From a bacterium (GTDB lineage Bacteria > Zhuqueibacterota > Zhuqueibacteria > Residuimicrobiales > Krinioviventaceae), in contig CAXXFV010000016.1 of NCBI GenBank assembly GCA_963674595.2, positions 160,001 to 224,000 of the forward strand: DNA of 64,000 nt, in the 5' to 3' direction. This document shows positions 60,142-64,000 of this stretch, in pieces. The translations under genes were made by a program, and so were the position numbers. The notes beneath the pieces were generated by a model that was given only the letters and a program-made list of their open reading frames with translations, was not told the origin of the DNA and did no database searches. Within the stretch, counting starts at the first letter, position 1, and each line of letters begins with the position of its first letter.

Positions 60142-62364
60142 ATGGAACTTTATTTTTTTATTATTATCGTGCTTTTTGGCCTGGCAATTTCTGATTTGAT
60201 TGTCGGTGTAAGTAACGATGCTGTGAATTTTTTAAATTCTGCTGTCGGCTCGCGAGTGGCACCGCGCTGGGTTATTATGATTATTGCCAGTATTGGAATG
60301 TTTGTTGGTGTGATGTTTTCCAGCGGTATGATGGAAGTGGCCCGTAAAGGTATCTTTAATCCATCAAATTTTGTAATGTCAGAGCTTGTTATTATCTTTC
60401 TTGCGGTTATGATTACAGACATTATTCTGCTGGATTTGTATAACACTTTTGGCTTACCAACTTCTACAACTGTTTCCATCGTGTTTGAGCTTTTAGGAGC
60501 TGCGCTTGCTGTTTCTATTATTAAAATTAAACAAAGCGGGCAGGATATGCAAGAGCTCATTAATTACATTAATACCGGGAAGGCGTTGGCAATCATAATG
60601 GGAATTTTGCTTTCCATTGTCATTGCTTTTACGGTTGGGGCCATAATTCAATTTTTTACACGCTTATTGTTTACTTTTGATTATAAAAAATCATTAAAAA
60701 GATATGGCGCTATTTGGGGTGGGCTGGCACTGACGTTTATAACATATTTTATACTTATTAAAGGTGCAAAAGGCGCTACCTTTATGAGTGATGAAACAGT
60801 TGCTTTTATAAAAGGAAATACGCTTTTAATTTTGGGTATGAGTTTTGTTGTTTGGGCTGTTATTCTTCAATTAATTGTATTGTTTTCAAATTTTAATATT
60901 TTAAAAATTATTGTACTTATTGGAACAGGGGCCCTGGCAATGGCCTTTGCGGCAAACGATCTGGTCAATTTTATCGGTGTGCCGTTAGCCGGTTTTCATG
61001 CTTTTAAATTTGCCTCTGCTAATCCTACAGACCCTTTAAATACAAATATGGCTGCTTTGGGCAAGGCTGTCAACACGCCAATGTTATTTTTACTTATTGC
61101 CGGTGCCATTATGGTTATAACTCTATGGATTTCGAAAAAAGCCCAAACTGTTACAAAAACCGAGGTGGGATTAGGCAAACAGGCGGATGATGGTGTAGAA
61201 CGATTTGAGCCATCACCACTATCCCGTACTATTGTGGGTATGATGTTAAACCTTTCTAATGGTATAGCATTTATTATCCCTTCTTCCTTGCAAAAGAAGA
61301 TTGGTAATAGATTTAACATTGTCAATGTAACATCGGACAATAAGAACGGCAAACCTGCTTTTGATTTAGTGCGTGCATCTGTTAATTTGGTGGTTGCCAG
61401 TGCTTTAATATCATTTGCAACTTCTTTAAAATTGCCTCTTTCAACAACCTATGTAACATTTATGGTTGCGATGGGGAGTTCTCTTTCTGACAGGGCCTGG
61501 GGACGGGAAAGCGCTGTTTATCGTGTTGCCGGTGTTTTAACAGTTATCGGCGGTTGGTTTTTTACAGCTTTTATGGCATCTACTGTCAGTATGTTGTTTG
61601 CCGTTTTAATTTATTTTTTCCACTTACCGGCTATTTTAGTTCTACTTTCATTGGCGGTATTTTTAATAGTTCATTCTTACCGTGTTCATAAAAATCGTGA
61701 ACAAGTTGAAGAAAAAAGTCAGGTTGTTGAAGTTGAGCAGAGCCCAATACAGTTTTCAACAGCATTAAGAAAACAATTTATCGAGTTCTATGAGCAATTA
61801 CTATCCATTTTTGAGTTGACTTTTGATGCAACATTTAATGAAAATAGAAAAAAACTTGGCATTGCATTAAAAGACTCGAATAAATTGAATAAAGAAGGAA
61901 AACGTTTGGTAACCAGTTTAATACAGCATATGCAAAAAGCTGAAGATAACCTTGAATTTAGCCCCAAGATGATTTGGCCTCTTCGGGAATCAAGCCGTCG
62001 TTTACGAATTTTGGTTGAGTATTGTCATAGTCACGTCGAAAACCATCATCGCGGATTAATTGATGAGCAAAAGGGGGAGTTGCTGGAAGTAAAAGCAGAA
62101 TTTGTTTTGTTAATGAAAAATGGAATTGAATCATTGGGAAATTCTGATTTTAAAGCCCTGGAACAATCTTTTGTTTACAGCGATACAATAACACAGCAAG
62201 TGGCCAAACTTAAACGACAACAGTTAAAAAGTGTTAAAAAAGGTCAAGTAAAAACACGCCAAAGTTTGTTATATTTGGCAATGATTGAACAGACAGAAGA
62301 TATTATGGAACAAATTTTGGAATTTTTTAGCGGTTTTAAAGATACATTTTCCACAATTAAATAG
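60142..62364 (+). CDS. PiT (PHO4) family inorganic phosphate transporter with C-terminal PhoU-like helical domain
   Basis: GVSNDAVN, PTSTT, AFAANDLVN and PLSTTY PiT repeats; soluble helical C-terminus; ORF-track start GTG 60133. Confidence 0.9.
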   Translation: MELYFFIIIVLFGLAISDLIVGVSNDAVNFLNSAVGSRVAPRWVIMIIASIGMFVGVMFSSGMMEVARKGIFNPSNFVMSELVIIFLAVMITDIILLDLYNTFGLPTSTTVSIVFELLGAALAVSIIKIKQSGQDMQELINYINTGKALAIIMGILLSIVIAFTVGAIIQFFTRLLFTFDYKKSLKRYGAIWGGLALTFITYFILIKGAKGATFMSDETVAFIKGNTLLILGMSFVVWAVILQLIVLFSNFNILKIIVLIGTGALAMAFAANDLVNFIGVPLAGFHAFKFASANPTDPLNTNMAALGKAVNTPMLFLLIAGAIMVITLWISKKAQTVTKTEVGLGKQADDGVERFEPSPLSRTIVGMMLNLSNGIAFIIPSSLQKKIGNRFNIVNVTSDNKNGKPAFDLVRASVNLVVASALISFATSLKLPLSTTYVTFMVAMGSSLSDRAWGRESAVYRVAGVLTVIGGWFFTAFMASTVSMLFAVLIYFFHLPAILVLLSLAVFLIVHSYRVHKNREQVEEKSQVVEVEQSPIQFSTALRKQFIEFYEQLLSIFELTFDATFNENRKKLGIALKDSNKLNKEGKRLVTSLIQHMQKAEDNLEFSPKMIWPLRESSRRLRILVEYCHSHVENHHRGLIDEQKGELLEVKAEFVLLMKNGIESLGNSDFKALEQSFVYSDTITQQVAKLKRQQLKSVKKGQVKTRQSLLYLAMIEQTEDIMEQILEFFSGFKDTFSTIK

Positions 62365-62372
62365 CTGATTTG

Positions 62373-62407
62373 AAAGCTCTTGTATAATTTTTACAAGAGC
62401 TTTTTTT
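62373..62407 (+). terminator. Intrinsic terminator after the PiT gene
   Basis: AAAGCTCTTGTA-loop-TACAAGAGCTTT running into a T tract. Confidence 0.85.
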
Positions 62408-62408
62408 A

Positions 62409-62458
62409 TTTACAAAAACTTATTCCCTTCTTAACACCTTCTTTACACACCTTTTATT
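62409..62458 (+). promoter_or_regulatory. Putative Pho box array upstream of the TonB-dependent receptor
   Basis: TTTACA 62409, TTATTC 62420, TTAACA 62431, TTTACA 62442 and TTTATT 62453: exact 11-bp phasing. Confidence 0.6.
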
Positions 62459-62534
62459 TTTACCTAATCTTTGCTTTTTATCTTTTACCAATATTTTAAC
62501 GGCAGAAACTGTTTAAAAAAATGAGGTAAAAATA

Positions 62535-64000
62535 ATGTATAAAATCAAATTCAGGACCATTTTATTTAGTCTGGTATTTTTAATTCCATTTTCCCTTTGG
62601 AGTCAAACAACTGGTAAAATTAGCGGACATGTTGTAGATGGAGAAACCGGTGATGCTCTTTTTGGCGTTAATATCCTTATCCAGGGAACCACTCGCGGGG
62701 CTGCAACCGACCTGGACGGCGTCTTTACAATACGCGCTGTTCCCCAGGGTCAATATACACTCGTCGTAACATATATGGGTTATAATAAAAAAGTTATTGA
62801 GAATATCGAGGTGAAATCGAACGAAACGACCACACTCGATTTTTCCATGGAAATGCAAGTTTTAAAAGGTCAGGAAGTTGTTGTTACAGCCAAAGCATTG
62901 AAAAATACAGAGGCTGTTTTGCTTAAAGACCGGCAAAAAGCTTCTTCTGTGAGCGATGCCGTAAGTGCGGAAGCTATTTCAAGAGCAGGCAGTGGTAATG
63001 CCGCTGAGGCTATGAAACAGGTAACCGGTGCATCAGTTGTCGGTGGTAAATATATTTATGTTCGCGGTTTGGGCGACCGTTATACAAGTACACAGTTAAA
63101 CGGTGCAGAAATTCCCAGTACCGATCCGTACAAACGTGCCGGCTCAATTGATCTTATCCCTTCTAATTTAATTGATAACATTGTTGCCGTAAAAAGTTTT
63201 ACACCGGACAAACCCGGAAATTTCAGCGGCGGGGCTGTGGATATTCGGACCAAAGATTTTCCGCAGGACCTCACGATCAAGTTTTCAGCATCTTCTTCAT
63301 TTAATCCCGATGTTAATCTGAAAAATGATGGGGCCATTTCATATTCCGGCGGTAACCTGGATTGGCTGGGAATCGATGATGGAACACGTGAAATTCCGGA
63401 TGTTATTCAATCCATTGGCCTTGATGATTTTAAACAAATGGCAAGCAATGCCAGAAAAAGTAGCGAGCAGGCTTTGGTATATGATTCCTTTATTAAAAGT
63501 TTCAGTTCCACAATGAAACCCGTGACAACCACCTTTCCTTTAAACCAGAGTTATTCTTTTTCTGTGGGTAACCAAATAAATTTTCTGGGAAGACCGTTGG
63601 GCTTTTTGACCAGCCTCTCTTATAATCACAGCTATTCATCTTATCAAAATGGTGAAAAAAACAACTGGTATTTAGGTGCCTCTTCAATTGACGCTGTTGA
63701 CGAGTTAACTTATAATTATAAATATCAGGAAAATAAAAGCAGTGATGAAGTGTTATGGGGCGGTTTGTTTAAAGCAACTTATAAATTAAATCCCAGTCAT
63801 TTTTTTGGATTTGATTTTGTTTATAACCGAAATGCTGAAAGTTATGCTCTTACCTTAGAGGGACAGAATCCCTATGATTATGAAAATGAAATTGTTCAGT
63901 CGAGCACGATTGGTTATAATGAACGCGAATTATATTCTTTTCAGCTAAACGGAAAACATCAGTTCCCGTCTTTATTTAATTCTAATCTGGAATGGGCCGG
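62535..64000 (+). CDS. TonB-dependent receptor, N-terminal part (runs off the window edge)
   Basis: Not in the ORF track because it is truncated. ATG 62535 with GAGG RBS; MYKIKFRTILFSLVFLIPFSLWSQTTGKISGHVVD (CarboxypepD-like domain); EVVVTA; plug YVRGLGDRY..TQLNG, DLIPSNLIDNI.VKSFTPD.PG.FSGGAVDI.TK. Confidence 0.93.
   Translation, partial: MYKIKFRTILFSLVFLIPFSLWSQTTGKISGHVVDGETGDALFGVNILIQGTTRGAATDLDGVFTIRAVPQGQYTLVVTYMGYNKKVIENIEVKSNETTTLDFSMEMQVLKGQEVVVTAKALKNTEAVLLKDRQKASSVSDAVSAEAISRAGSGNAAEAMKQVTGASVVGGKYIYVRGLGDRYTSTQLNGAEIPSTDPYKRAGSIDLIPSNLIDNIVAVKSFTPDKPGNFSGGAVDIRTKDFPQDLTIKFSASSSFNPDVNLKNDGAISYSGGNLDWLGIDDGTREIPDVIQSIGLDDFKQMASNARKSSEQALVYDSFIKSFSSTMKPVTTTFPLNQSYSFSVGNQINFLGRPLGFLTSLSYNHSYSSYQNGEKNNWYLGASSIDAVDELTYNYKYQENKSSDEVLWGGLFKATYKLNPSHFFGFDFVYNRNAESYALTLEGQNPYDYENEIVQSSTIGYNERELYSFQLNGKHQFPSLFNSNLEWA

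Noticed and set aside
1903-63687. Numerous 60-200 aa ORFs antisense to or overlapping the assigned genes (e.g. 1903-2232, 12977-13426, 17922-18515, 60150-60560, 62580-62858)
   Set aside because: They are shadow ORFs of well-supported genes, with no recognisable motifs.
1-64000. tRNA, rRNA, CRISPR, IS or prophage elements
   Set aside because: None recognised by eye. tRNAscan-SE, Infernal/Rfam and ISEScan runs would be needed to exclude small or divergent elements.

Overview
AT-rich bacterial chromosomal segment. A GWxTD-type protein, a T9SS/FlgD-type C-terminal domain and a CarboxypepD-type TonB receptor suggest an FCB-related lineage such as KSB1 or Calditrichota; this is inference, not a database result. 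The left 15.7 kb is one minus-strand gene run (folB-folK-dNK-small protein-msbA-like-GAF/HD-GYP-ridA-DUF5683-NSS transporter-HD-YfiM-like-purF-UbiA prenyltransferase-ferredoxin-geranylgeranyl reductase-pgsA-ftsY-rimO-GWxTD) behind a near-consensus sigma70 promoter. Next come a 2.8-kaa secreted SGNH/FG-GAP/ASPIC/Big-repeat protein, a PHP phosphodiesterase, a GNAT, a stand-alone AICAR transformylase, a cupin plus PRMT-like methyltransferase pair, an orphan GAF/PAS HisKA_2 kinase, Lhr, a DUF1080-aldehyde dehydrogenase-Tat TIM-barrel cluster, addAB, ygiQ, trxB and greA. The window ends with a GH106-like plus URO-D-like pair, mnmA and a Pho locus (phoR/phoB, PiT-PhoU transporter, TonB receptor). 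I saw no rRNA, tRNA, CRISPR array or transposase. Most notable: (1) an archaeal-type isoprenoid-lipid module (UbiA/DGGGPS-like + ferredoxin + DGGGPL-reductase-like + CDP-alcohol phosphatidyltransferase); (2) a bacterial protein with the full PRMT motif set; (3) an unannotated 27-aa membrane peptide behind a sigma54-type promoter; (4) a GraL-like promoter-proximal terminator in the greA leader; (5) an AddB lacking the Fe-S cysteines; (6) 11-bp-phased Pho boxes.
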